From Terriglobales bacterium (GTDB lineage: Bacteria > Acidobacteriota > Terriglobia > Terriglobales > Acidobacteriaceae), in assembly GCA_015655585.1 (NCBI GenBank), contig JAATEV010000013.1, forward strand, positions 1 through 32,000: DNA of 32,000 nt, in the 5' to 3' direction. Every line of letters starts with the position of its first letter. Position 1 is the first letter of the stretch. Position numbers and translations under genes: made by a program. Of this stretch, positions 24,319 through 32,000 are shown in pieces. The notes under the pieces were generated by a model. It made no database searches, had not been told where the DNA came from, and was given only the letters and a program-made list of their open reading frames with translations.

Positions 24319-24717
24319 GTGAAGGCATTGATTGTGGACGATTCGGCGATGATGCGGAAGGTGGTCGAGAGGGCTTTGCGGCAGGCGGGCGTGAACCTGA
24401 CGGAGGTGGCGCAGGCGAACAATGGCGCGGAGGCGTTGGAGATATTGCGTGAGGCTGCTAGCAGCCAGAACGGGATTGACTTGATCTTCAGCGACATCAA
24501 TATGCCGGTGATGGATGGGCTGGAGTTTGTGGAGAAGCGGAAGGAAGAGGGGCTTGCGCCGGGGGCTCCCGTGGTGATGATTACGACGGAGGGAAGCTCG
24601 CCGCTGGTGATGCGTGCGCTGGCCGCGGGGGCGAAGGGATATATCTGCAAGCCGTTTACGACGGATCAGGTGAAGGCCTGTGTGATGCCGCTTTTGAGTG
24701 CGGCTTCGATGGCGTGA
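24319..24717 (+). CDS. cheY: Single-domain chemotaxis response regulator
   Basis: KALIVDDS, FSDINMPVMDG, VVMITTEG, YICKPFT: all receiver key residues are present. GTG 24319 follows AAGGGAGGA; in-frame ATG 24292 is the alternative. Confidence 0.88.
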   Translation: MKALIVDDSAMMRKVVERALRQAGVNLTEVAQANNGAEALEILREAASSQNGIDLIFSDINMPVMDGLEFVEKRKEEGLAPGAPVVMITTEGSSPLVMRALAAGAKGYICKPFTTDQVKACVMPLLSAASMA

Positions 24718-24758
24718 GATCTGGTCTTGAATCGAAATTGGGAAGGGGGAGATAGAGC

Positions 24759-25265
24759 ATGGCGACTGCGGTGCATGGAAAGCTGGATGGCGTCACGATG
24801 GCGATGGTGACGGATACGGGGTATCTGGACCAGGCCGTGGAAGAGGTGTTCGGGATGATGCTAGGCGTCTCGGTGGAGAGCGTGGGGCGGGAGGAGACGG
24901 GGCTTGAGGACGAGACTACGATGATGACCGCTATGGTGGGATTAGCCGGTGCGGTGAGTGGAACGTGCGCGGTGCTGGTGCGTGAGGCGGGGGCGATCCG
25001 GATGGCCGGCGGCATGTCGGGGATGGATCTGGATGCAGTGGACGATACGGTGCTGGATGGGTTGGGTGAGATCAGCAATATGCTGGCGGGTGCGTGGAAG
25101 GCCAAGATTCCGGAGCTGAATGTTGCGTGTATGCTCTCGGTGCCTACGGTGGTGACGGGGACGCAGTATGTGGTTCACCGCAAGGCTCCGGCATTTTTGA
25201 GCGAGCGGAGCTATCGGATGGAGGAGCATTTTTTTACCGTGCGGGTGTATGGGGTGATCCAGTAG
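24759..25265 (+). CDS. cheX: CheX-type CheY-P phosphatase
   Basis: 168 aa. The GEISNMLAG motif (GExxNxxxG) is characteristic of the CheC/CheX family. Directly follows cheY. Confidence 0.75.
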   Translation: MATAVHGKLDGVTMAMVTDTGYLDQAVEEVFGMMLGVSVESVGREETGLEDETTMMTAMVGLAGAVSGTCAVLVREAGAIRMAGGMSGMDLDAVDDTVLDGLGEISNMLAGAWKAKIPELNVACMLSVPTVVTGTQYVVHRKAPAFLSERSYRMEEHFFTVRVYGVIQ

Positions 25266-25354
25266 GGAGTATCGACAATTTGTTTTGAAAGGGTGGGGTT
25301 TCAGCTCTGTCGAAGAGTGTTCTGAAAGATCGGTATTGCCTCTTGCGGCATTCC

Positions 25355-25425
25355 CTCGGCGACTAAAGTCGCGTTGATTGCGTGAGATTTACGGCGGGAC
25401 TGAAGCCCCGCCCTTTCAAAACAGC
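25355..25425. repeat. REP-like palindromic elements between convergent genes
   Basis: Hairpins GCGAC-TAAA-GTCGC (25359-72) and GGCGGG-actgaagc-CCCGCC (25393-412), followed by CTTTCAAAAC. Shares the CTGAAGCCC core with 161-169. Confidence 0.5.
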
Positions 25426-25451
25426 AGTATCCGCGCATTTTTGTCGTGGGT

Positions 25452-26981
25452 TTATTGGACGGTGGTGTCGAAGACGCCTGTTTCTACTATGTTGTTGTGC
25501 TTCATCTGGACGAAGATTCGGTAGCGGCCGGACGAGGGGAAACCGTAGGGGAACTCGACGATGTTTGAGAGCGGCTGCTGGCTCATGCTCATCTTCATGT
25601 TGGGGTCTTTGCTCATGTCCATATTGGGGTCCATGCTCATGCCGGGCGAGGATTGTGCGTTGCCTGTGTCCTGATTGGCGAGCATGAGGGAGACCATGTC
25701 GGCGGAGCCCTCGGGGTGGGTGTGGGCGAAGACGGTGCCGTCGGTTTTGACGAAGGCGGCGTGTCCGGCCATGCCGAGGTAGGGCTGCATGGCGGTGGCG
25801 GGCTTGCCGGTGGGGTCGAGCAGGCGGAAACGGAAGCTGTAGGCGGTGTTTGCGGTGATGGATGCGGGACGGTCCCAGTGCATGGTGTAGCCGTCGGGGA
25901 GCTTATAGGTGTTGCCTAGTTCTTCGGCGCTGACGGGTGGGGGGAGCGCGGACGCGTCTTCGGGGCTGAGTGGGCCGCCGGTCATGGTGGCGGGGATGGT
26001 GAGTTTGGCTACGAGAGTCTCGGGGAAGCCGTTGGCGTGGACTACGTCGGCGTAGAGGGAGTAGTCGCCGGGGGGCATGGCGGGGAGCGCGATTTGGAAG
26101 TGGTTGTCGATGAGGGCGGGGTGGAGATGGAAGGCCGCGTCCATCTGGGGCCAGCGGATGGCGTAGAGATGCATGAGGTGGCCGTGGTCGGGGACGAAGT
26201 CGTCGCTGGAGCGCGGGGTTGGATGGCGGTGCCAGTCGTCTTCTTTTTCGGTCTGGGAGAGGACGTTGAGCTGGAGCTGGTTGCCGTTGAGGACGGGTTC
26301 CATGGTGAGGGGACGGAAGACGTTGAGGGAGTAACCGGCGGCTTCGACGTTCCACCATCTGGCTGCGGCGAGCACGATGATACCCATGAAGAGGAGGCTG
26401 GCCGCGGTGGCGTAGAGGGCGCGGCGGCGGCGGGCGGGAGAGGGCATGTCTCCGGGGGCCAGGCGAGCCTCGCGGACGGAGGCGGCGACGATGCCGGCCA
26501 TGCTGAGGACGAGGAAGAGGCCGAGCAGACCGAGGGTGAGTCCTGTGCCGCGCTGCATCCTGAGGGTTGCGAGAGCGACGGCGGCGACGGGAACGGAGAC
26601 GGTCTGGCTGCCGGAGGGGCCGGTGATCTGAAAGCGAACCTGCCAGGAGCCGGAGCGCATGAGCCAGAGGCTGCCGGTGTAGAAGGCCGGGTCGGCGGCT
26701 GAGACCTTCATAGGATCGGAGGTGGGTGGGTGTTTCGAGGCTTCGCCGGTGAGGGGGAGGGGCGTGATCTGGATTCCATCGATGGGTGCGCCGATGGAGC
26801 GGGCTTCGATGGCGGCGACGCCGGGGATGACGGTTGGCATCCGGATGGTGACGAAGAGCTTGTAGGGACCGGCGGAGACCTGCTCGAAGACGTCTTTGCT
26901 GCCTACATGGGCTTGGGCGGGACGCGGGGCTACGGCGAGGACGAGAAGCAGGAGGAGAAGACAGCGGGAGAGGGGCTTCAT
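25452..26981 (-). CDS. Bitopic periplasmic protein: N-terminal His-start domain, 2 TM helices, two YtkA/FixH-like His-rich Ig-fold domains, Met-rich loop
   Basis: Signal peptide ...APRPAQA followed by HVGSKD. TM pair LTLGLLGLFLVLSMAGIVAASV / ALYATAASLLFMGIIVLAAARWW. DHGHLMHLY...FHLHPAL and GMAGHAAFV...FAHTHPEG. GMSMDPNMDMSKDPNMKMSMS. ATG 26981 overlaps the upstream stop (ATGA). Track start 27209 is trimmed. Confidence 0.7.
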   Translation of the reverse strand: MKPLSRCLLLLLLVLAVAPRPAQAHVGSKDVFEQVSAGPYKLFVTIRMPTVIPGVAAIEARSIGAPIDGIQITPLPLTGEASKHPPTSDPMKVSAADPAFYTGSLWLMRSGSWQVRFQITGPSGSQTVSVPVAAVALATLRMQRGTGLTLGLLGLFLVLSMAGIVAASVREARLAPGDMPSPARRRRALYATAASLLFMGIIVLAAARWWNVEAAGYSLNVFRPLTMEPVLNGNQLQLNVLSQTEKEDDWHRHPTPRSSDDFVPDHGHLMHLYAIRWPQMDAAFHLHPALIDNHFQIALPAMPPGDYSLYADVVHANGFPETLVAKLTIPATMTGGPLSPEDASALPPPVSAEELGNTYKLPDGYTMHWDRPASITANTAYSFRFRLLDPTGKPATAMQPYLGMAGHAAFVKTDGTVFAHTHPEGSADMVSLMLANQDTGNAQSSPGMSMDPNMDMSKDPNMKMSMSQQPLSNIVEFPYGFPSSGRYRIFVQMKHNNIVETGVFDTTVQ

Positions 26982-28156
26982 CGCTGCACGCTCCGCATCC
27001 AGCGGCCGAAGTTCAGGCCGAGCCAGGTTCCGATGGAGCCGTAGATGGAGGCTTGAAGGAGGCCGAGGAAGAGGGGAAGTCCGTGGTCGGGCTGGAAGAA
27101 GATGCGGAGGCGATCGACGCCGTTGGGGCGCGAGTTGTAGTCGAAGTACATGGTTCCGAAGAAGCGGTTCTGGGAGGCTTTGGAGAGGAGGAAGCTGGCG
27201 AAGGGCCACTCGACGGCTACGAGGACGGTGATAAAGAGAAAGCCGGAGACGAGGGCGATCTTCCAGGGCTTCCAGGTCTTTGTGTGTTGCCAGAGAAGGT
27301 CGAGGGCGATGGCCGGGACGAAGATGAGGACGGGGAATTTGGCCGGGACCATGTGGGTGACGGGATAGTAGACGGGGCCGAGTTTGGGCTGGGCGGGGAA
27401 GAGCGGGAGGATGAGGATTTCGCCGATGGCGAAGAGGGTGTAGACGGCTGCGGCGGAGGTGGCGGCCCAGCGGTGGCGCGAGGACTGCGAGAGAACGGCG
27501 AAGACGATGGGCAGGGCGATGCTGAGGGCGATGTAGGAGCTGACGGAGTGAAGCTGGACGTCCCAGGTGTACTCGATGAGGAAGAACATCTGGCCGGCTG
27601 TGATGAGTCCGCCGATGTAGAGGAAGAGGAGCTGGAGGGCTTTAAAGGACGCGCTGGAGGAGTCAGTTGCGGCGCGGTTCATGGCGGCGAGGATGAGGAA
27701 GAGGACGCCGACTCCGACGGCACGCATACCGAGGATGAGGAGGGTGTGGGGCGGGCTGACGATTTTGACGTCGAGGCCGTAGGCGTTGTGCCACCAGTTG
27801 TCGAACGGGGCAGAGGTGAGCATGGCGATGCCTCCCCAGGCGGCGATGAAGGCTCCGAGGGGGGCGCGGAAGCCGAGGACATTGACGGAGGCGGTTTTTA
27901 ATTTTGCAGAAGAGTTGAAGGTAGTTGCGAGGATGAGATAGCCGCAGATGATGGCGGCGATGACTCCGCAGGCGTAGATGGCCATGTGGGCGGGCGTCCA
28001 GAAGGTGTCGCGGCCGATGGAGCGGTGCCAGGAGACGTCCCATGCGCCTCCGATGGAGGCGGAGGTGACGGCGAGTGCGCCGAGCCAGATGTACCAGGGG
28101 GTGGCTGAGGTCTCTGCCGAAGCAGAGGAGTGGGCGGGAAAGGTGGTGGCGGCCAT
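26978..28156 (-). CDS. Polytopic membrane protein of unknown function (about 10-12 TM) with conserved-looking Trp/His motifs
   Basis: 392 aa, hydrophobic throughout. WDVSWHRSIGRDTFWTPAHMAIY and FDNWWHNAYGLDVKIVSPPH. SD GGGAGA precedes the ATG. I do not recognise a named family. Confidence 0.65.
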   Translation of the reverse strand: MAATTFPAHSSASAETSATPWYIWLGALAVTSASIGGAWDVSWHRSIGRDTFWTPAHMAIYACGVIAAIICGYLILATTFNSSAKLKTASVNVLGFRAPLGAFIAAWGGIAMLTSAPFDNWWHNAYGLDVKIVSPPHTLLILGMRAVGVGVLFLILAAMNRAATDSSSASFKALQLLFLYIGGLITAGQMFFLIEYTWDVQLHSVSSYIALSIALPIVFAVLSQSSRHRWAATSAAAVYTLFAIGEILILPLFPAQPKLGPVYYPVTHMVPAKFPVLIFVPAIALDLLWQHTKTWKPWKIALVSGFLFITVLVAVEWPFASFLLSKASQNRFFGTMYFDYNSRPNGVDRLRIFFQPDHGLPLFLGLLQASIYGSIGTWLGLNFGRWMRSVQR

Positions 28157-28282
28157 GCGTTCTCCCAGGGGGCTTTCTGCTGCGATTTTATCTTGCGAGA
28201 GATGAGGGGAGTTGGAGGTGTGTGTGGGGGGCGAGGTTTTCTGCGATGTTGAGAACTGTTGCTTGTTTGCCGGATGTATTTT

Positions 28283-28312
28283 GCAAAAATCTTATCGGCC
28301 GGTGATTTTTGC
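28283..28312. promoter_or_regulatory. Perfect 9-bp inverted repeat GCAAAAATC-N12-GATTTTTGC in a divergent promoter region
   Basis: Read directly. A third ATTTTTGC copy lies at 28346-28353. Embedded in the most AT-rich stretch of the window. Confidence 0.4.
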
Positions 28313-28486
28313 GATAAAGTGAAATAACTATTTTCTAAAAAAATAATTTTTGCTGTAAGTGTGCGTGCGATCCGGTTGGGATTCAGGCGGATTTGTATTT
28401 TCTGTGGAGCCTTCGGCTGGCATGGGCACTTGCGGGTTGTAGCTCATTTTGAACCTCATTTGAATGTAAGGAGTGCTAGTTCGACG

Positions 28487-30064
28487 ATGATCTCCAGGCG
28501 CGATTTTCTGATGCGGGTAGGGCAGGCGGGTGGTTATAGCGCGGCGTTTGCGGCGGTGCAGTCGCTGGGGCTGATGCCGATGAAGGGCGCGCAGGCAGAG
28601 CCGATTGCGGCGGCGGCGGGTTCGGGCAAGGGCGTGAAGGTGGTGGTGCTCGGCGGCGGCATTGGAGGGCTGGTCTCAGCCTATGAACTGAAGAAGCTGG
28701 GCTACGAGGTGACGCTGCTGGAGGCTCGCGAGAGGCCGGGCGGACGCAACTGGACGGGTCGCAATGGGACGAAGGTCGAGTTTACCGATGGGACGGTGCA
28801 GACGATCCAGTGGGAAGAGGGGAACTACCAGAACCTTGGGCCGGGGCGGTTGCCGAGCACGCACTGGACGATGCTGGGATATTGCCGTGAGCTGAATGTT
28901 CCGCTGGAGGTGGAGGTGAATACCTCGCGGTCTACGCTGTTGCAGAGCGATACGGCGAACGGTGGGAAGACGGTTCCGCAGCGGAAGGCGATCAACGATA
29001 CGAGGGGGCATGTGTCGGAGCTGCTCTCGAAGTGTATTGCGCAGGGGGCGCTGGACTCGGAGTTGACGAAGGAAGATCGCGAGCGGATGACGTCGTTCCT
29101 GAAGGTCTATGGGCCTCTGAACGCGCAGGGCGCTTATGTGGGGTCGGACCGCGCCGGATACAAGACGCCGCCGGGAGCGGGGACGCAGGTTCCGGTGCCG
29201 GAGGTTCCGCTGGATATGCGGACGCTGCTGGATGAGGACTTCTGGTCGTCCCTGTTTGCGGAAGAGACGTGGGACTGGCAGGCGACGATGATGCAGCCGG
29301 TGGGTGGGATGGACCGGATTCCGTATGCGTTTGCCAAGGCGCTGGGGCCGATTGTGAAGTTCAACGCGCCGGTGACGGAGATTCGCAAGACGGCGAAGGG
29401 CATGCGCGTGGCGTACAAGCAGGCCGGTGCAGAGAAGCAGATTGAGGCGGACTACTGCGTGATTGCGATTCCGTTCTCGATCCTGAAGAAGATTCCGAAC
29501 GATCTCTCGGAGCCGTTCAAGAAGGTGATCGATGAGAGCCAGCAGGCCTCGGCGTACAAGATTGCGTGGGAGAGCAGGCGGTTCTGGGAGCAGGATTACA
29601 ACATTTATGGCGGGCTGTCGTATGTGAAGCAGGGGCCGAGCCCGATCTGGTATCCGTCGGCGCGGCTGATGCACCCGACGGGCGTGGTGGTTTCGGGTTA
29701 TACGGATGAGCAGAGCGGGAACTTCGCCGCGCTGACGTTGGAGCAGAAGTTTGCGGCGTCGCGTGGGTCGATTGAGAAGCTGCATCCGGGGCATGGGAAG
29801 GAGCTGAAGAATCCTGTGTTCTGCGGGTGGAAGCGGATTCCGTGGAATGAGGGCTCGTGGATTCGCGGCTACGGCGGGACGAGCGGGTATGATGTGGTCA
29901 TTCAGCCGGATGGGCCGTTTGTTCTGGCAGGCGACTGGGTGAGCCATGTGGTGGCGTGGCAGGAGGGCGCAGCGTTGAGCGCTCGCCGCGCCGTTGGATT
30001 GATTGCGGACAAGGTGAAGATGGCGAAGTTGACGACGACCTCTTCAGAGACTGTGGCGAGTTAG
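28487..30064 (+). CDS. Flavin amine oxidase family protein (L-amino-acid/monoamine oxidase-like), TAT-exported
   Basis: Twin-arginine leader MISRRDFLMRVGQAGG. Dinucleotide fold VVVLGGGIGGLVSAYELKKLGYEVTLLEARERPGGR. SD AAGGAG. Track start 28361 is trimmed. Confidence 0.85.
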   Translation: MISRRDFLMRVGQAGGYSAAFAAVQSLGLMPMKGAQAEPIAAAAGSGKGVKVVVLGGGIGGLVSAYELKKLGYEVTLLEARERPGGRNWTGRNGTKVEFTDGTVQTIQWEEGNYQNLGPGRLPSTHWTMLGYCRELNVPLEVEVNTSRSTLLQSDTANGGKTVPQRKAINDTRGHVSELLSKCIAQGALDSELTKEDRERMTSFLKVYGPLNAQGAYVGSDRAGYKTPPGAGTQVPVPEVPLDMRTLLDEDFWSSLFAEETWDWQATMMQPVGGMDRIPYAFAKALGPIVKFNAPVTEIRKTAKGMRVAYKQAGAEKQIEADYCVIAIPFSILKKIPNDLSEPFKKVIDESQQASAYKIAWESRRFWEQDYNIYGGLSYVKQGPSPIWYPSARLMHPTGVVVSGYTDEQSGNFAALTLEQKFAASRGSIEKLHPGHGKELKNPVFCGWKRIPWNEGSWIRGYGGTSGYDVVIQPDGPFVLAGDWVSHVVAWQEGAALSARRAVGLIADKVKMAKLTTTSSETVAS

Positions 30065-30081
30065 AGGGATTGGAGCGAGAG

Positions 30082-30573
30082 ATGAAGAGCAGAAGCTTGA
30101 TGATGACGGCGGCGTTGCTTGCGGCTTCGTGTGTGGCGCAGGCCCAGACGGTGGTGAAGCATCTGCAGCCGAATGAGTCGTCTCCGATTGCGAACGGCGT
30201 TTGGGCGGGGGACACGCTGTATCTGAGCGGACAGCTTGCTTCGCCGGTGACTCCGGCCGATCCGGCGAAGGGGACCGCGGCGGTGTATGGCGATACGAAG
30301 GCGCAGTCGCTGAGCGCGTTGAAAAAGATTCAGGCTTTGCTGAAGGAGCAGGGTCTGGATATGAAGGACGTGGTGAAGATGACGGTGTTCCTTGCGGGCG
30401 ATCCGGCGAAGGACAACAAGCTGGATTTTGCGGGATTGCAGGCGTCTTATACGCAGTTCTTCGGGACGAAGGACCAGCCGAACAAGCCAGCGAGAAGCGC
30501 AGTGCAGGTGGCGGCGCTGGCCGCTCCGTGGGCGCTGGTTGAGATTGAAGTGATTGCGGTGAAGAGCAAGTAG
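30082..30573 (+). CDS. RidA/YjgF/UK114 family protein with Sec signal peptide
   Basis: MKSRSLMMTAALLAASCVAQAQ leader, YLSGQLA, and C-terminal RSAVQVAALAAPWALVEIEVIAV. Track start 29956 is trimmed. Confidence 0.8.
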   Translation: MKSRSLMMTAALLAASCVAQAQTVVKHLQPNESSPIANGVWAGDTLYLSGQLASPVTPADPAKGTAAVYGDTKAQSLSALKKIQALLKEQGLDMKDVVKMTVFLAGDPAKDNKLDFAGLQASYTQFFGTKDQPNKPARSAVQVAALAAPWALVEIEVIAVKSK

Positions 30574-30576
30574 AGG

Positions 30577-30612
30577 GGAGGGCGTTGGTGGGACGCCCTT
30601 CTGCCGTTTATC
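30577..30612 (+). terminator. Hairpin after the RidA gene (weak T tract)
   Basis: Stem GGAGGGCGT / ACGCCCTTC, 7-nt loop, followed by TGCCGTTTATC. Confidence 0.35.
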
Positions 30613-30778
30613 GGACGTCTATGGCGTGGCCGCTATTCGCCCGCGCCCGCGTGCCTATCCTAACGTTGTGTCCGTATGATAGAAAAAGGCTTTCGCGCTG
30701 GATCGGCTCTCCTGGATCTTGTCTGGTGACGATAAAGAACAACTGTGACCTGGATGGTCGATTTGAGGAGATTTAAGA

Positions 30779-32000
30779 ATGGCTGAAGCAACTTGCGATA
30801 TTGGTTTGATCGGTCTGGCGGTGATGGGCCAGAACCTGGTCCTGAATATGAACGACCACGGATACAAGGTAGCGGTGTTCAACCGTACTGTGTCGAAGGT
30901 GGATGATTTTCTGAACGATGAGGCGAAGGGGACCGAGATTGCTGGAACGCACTCGGCCGCGGAGCTGTGCGCGTCTCTGAAGCTGCCCCGGCGCGTGATG
31001 CTGATGGTGAAGGCGGGCGAAGTGGTCGATCAGACGATTGATTATCTGCTGCCGCACCTGGAGAAGGGCGACATCATCATCGACGGCGGCAACTCGCTGT
31101 TTACCGATACGAACCGGCGCACGAAGGAGCTGGCGGAGAAGGGGATTCTGTTTATCGGCACGGGCGTTTCGGGTGGCGAAGAGGGCGCGCGGTTCGGTCC
31201 TTCGATCATGCCTGGCGGAAATCCCGCTGCGTGGCCGCATGTGAAGGACATCTTCCAGGCGATCTCGGCGAAGGTCGAGGACGGCACTCCGTGCTGCGAC
31301 TGGGTGGGCGAGGACGGCGCCGGCCACTATGTGAAGATGGTGCACAACGGAATCGAATACGGCGACATCCAGTTGATCTGCGAGGCGTACCAGCTTCTGA
31401 AGGACGGGCTGGGACTGACGGCGGATGAGTTTGCCGAGGTGTTTACCGAGTGGAACAAGGGCGAGCTGGACAGCTACCTGATCGAGATTACGGCGACGAT
31501 CTTTGGCAAGAAGGACGAAGATGGCCAGCCGGTGGTCGACAAGATTCTGGACACGGCGGGGCAGAAGGGAACGGGCAAGTGGACGGCGATCTCGGCTCTC
31601 GACCTGGGAATGCCGGTGACGCTGATCGGCGAGAGCGTGTTTGCACGCTGCCTGTCGGCGTTGAAGGACGAGCGCGTGGCCGCGGCGAAGGTGCTGGAAG
31701 GGCCGAAGAAGGTGCTGACGATCTCGGAGAAGAAGCAGTTCATCGAGGACGTGCGGCGGGCGCTTTACTGCTCGAAGATGGTGAGCTACGCGCAGGGATA
31801 CATGCTGCTGCGCGCGGTGGAGAAGGAACAGAACTGGAACCTGAATATGGGCGGCATCGCGCTGATGTGGCGCGGCGGCTGCATCATCCGCAGCATCTTC
31901 CTGGGAGACATCAAGGCTGCGTTCGATAAGGACGCCAAGCTGCAGAACCTGCTGATGGATGAGTTCTTCTCGAACGTGCTGAACAAGTATCAGATGTCGT
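30779..32000 (+). CDS. gnd: 6-phosphogluconate dehydrogenase (decarboxylating), 3'-partial at window edge
   Basis: My own translation: MAEATCDIGLIGLAVMGQNLVLNMNDHGY ... GAGHYVKMVHNGIEYGDIQLI ... GTGKWT. Open to position 32000 and absent from the ORF track because no stop lies in the window. SD GAGGAG sits 8 nt upstream. Confidence 0.92.
   Translation, partial: MAEATCDIGLIGLAVMGQNLVLNMNDHGYKVAVFNRTVSKVDDFLNDEAKGTEIAGTHSAAELCASLKLPRRVMLMVKAGEVVDQTIDYLLPHLEKGDIIIDGGNSLFTDTNRRTKELAEKGILFIGTGVSGGEEGARFGPSIMPGGNPAAWPHVKDIFQAISAKVEDGTPCCDWVGEDGAGHYVKMVHNGIEYGDIQLICEAYQLLKDGLGLTADEFAEVFTEWNKGELDSYLIEITATIFGKKDEDGQPVVDKILDTAGQKGTGKWTAISALDLGMPVTLIGESVFARCLSALKDERVAAAKVLEGPKKVLTISEKKQFIEDVRRALYCSKMVSYAQGYMLLRAVEKEQNWNLNMGGIALMWRGGCIIRSIFLGDIKAAFDKDAKLQNLLMDEFFSNVLNKYQMS

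Noticed and set aside
25382-25687. 101-aa + strand ORF starting in the REP element and running antisense into the periplasmic protein gene.
   Set aside because: It begins inside a palindromic repeat, has an Arg/Cys-rich translation, and is antisense to a motif-rich CDS.
30773-31345. 190-aa minus-strand ORF and several short + ORFs over 30.8-32.0 kb.
   Set aside because: All overlap the + strand frame that encodes an unmistakable 6-phosphogluconate dehydrogenase running off the window end. The track omits that ORF because it has no in-window stop.

Overview
High-GC bacterial chromosome segment. It resembles Acidobacteriota (Terriglobia), judged only from my memory of similar REP and microsatellite strings and G-ending codon usage; I could not verify this here. 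About 30 genes can be supported. Housekeeping and exported-enzyme genes are: a SAM methyltransferase, ispD, a GxxExxY nuclease-fold gene wedged before ispF, lepB, an S15 X-Pro peptidase, a TAT-exported M24 peptidase, a DUF305-LVIVD pair, fbp, tRNA-Ala(CGC), DUF885, a sugar O-acetyltransferase, hemD, cheY-cheX, an FAD amine oxidase plus an exported RidA, and a 3'-partial gnd that the ORF track misses because it runs off the window. Downstream of tRNA-Ala lies a compositionally different block (about 11.9-20.5 kb). It carries a LysR/SDR pair and a minus-strand chemosensory operon: globin sensor, cheA, cheW, a cheY stub, cheB, cheR. This operon is the most unusual content. Its only receptor-like gene is a heme-globin domain with just the first about 25 residues of a transducer module. 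Its cheY is reduced to a 38-codon C-terminal stub. Its CheA carries a second CheW domain and a receiver-like domain in which all four key residues are replaced. A second candidate for an undescribed module is the ATGA-coupled pair at 25452-28156: a polytopic His/Trp-motif membrane protein plus a His-, Met-rich periplasmic multi-domain protein. Other observations are a microsatellite/REP mosaic at 1-458, a dispersed REP family, and strand-specific NNG versus NNC codon usage that the che block breaks. There are also sigma-28-like boxes before cheY-cheX and several intrinsic terminators. Most long antisense ORFs in the track are GC artefacts.
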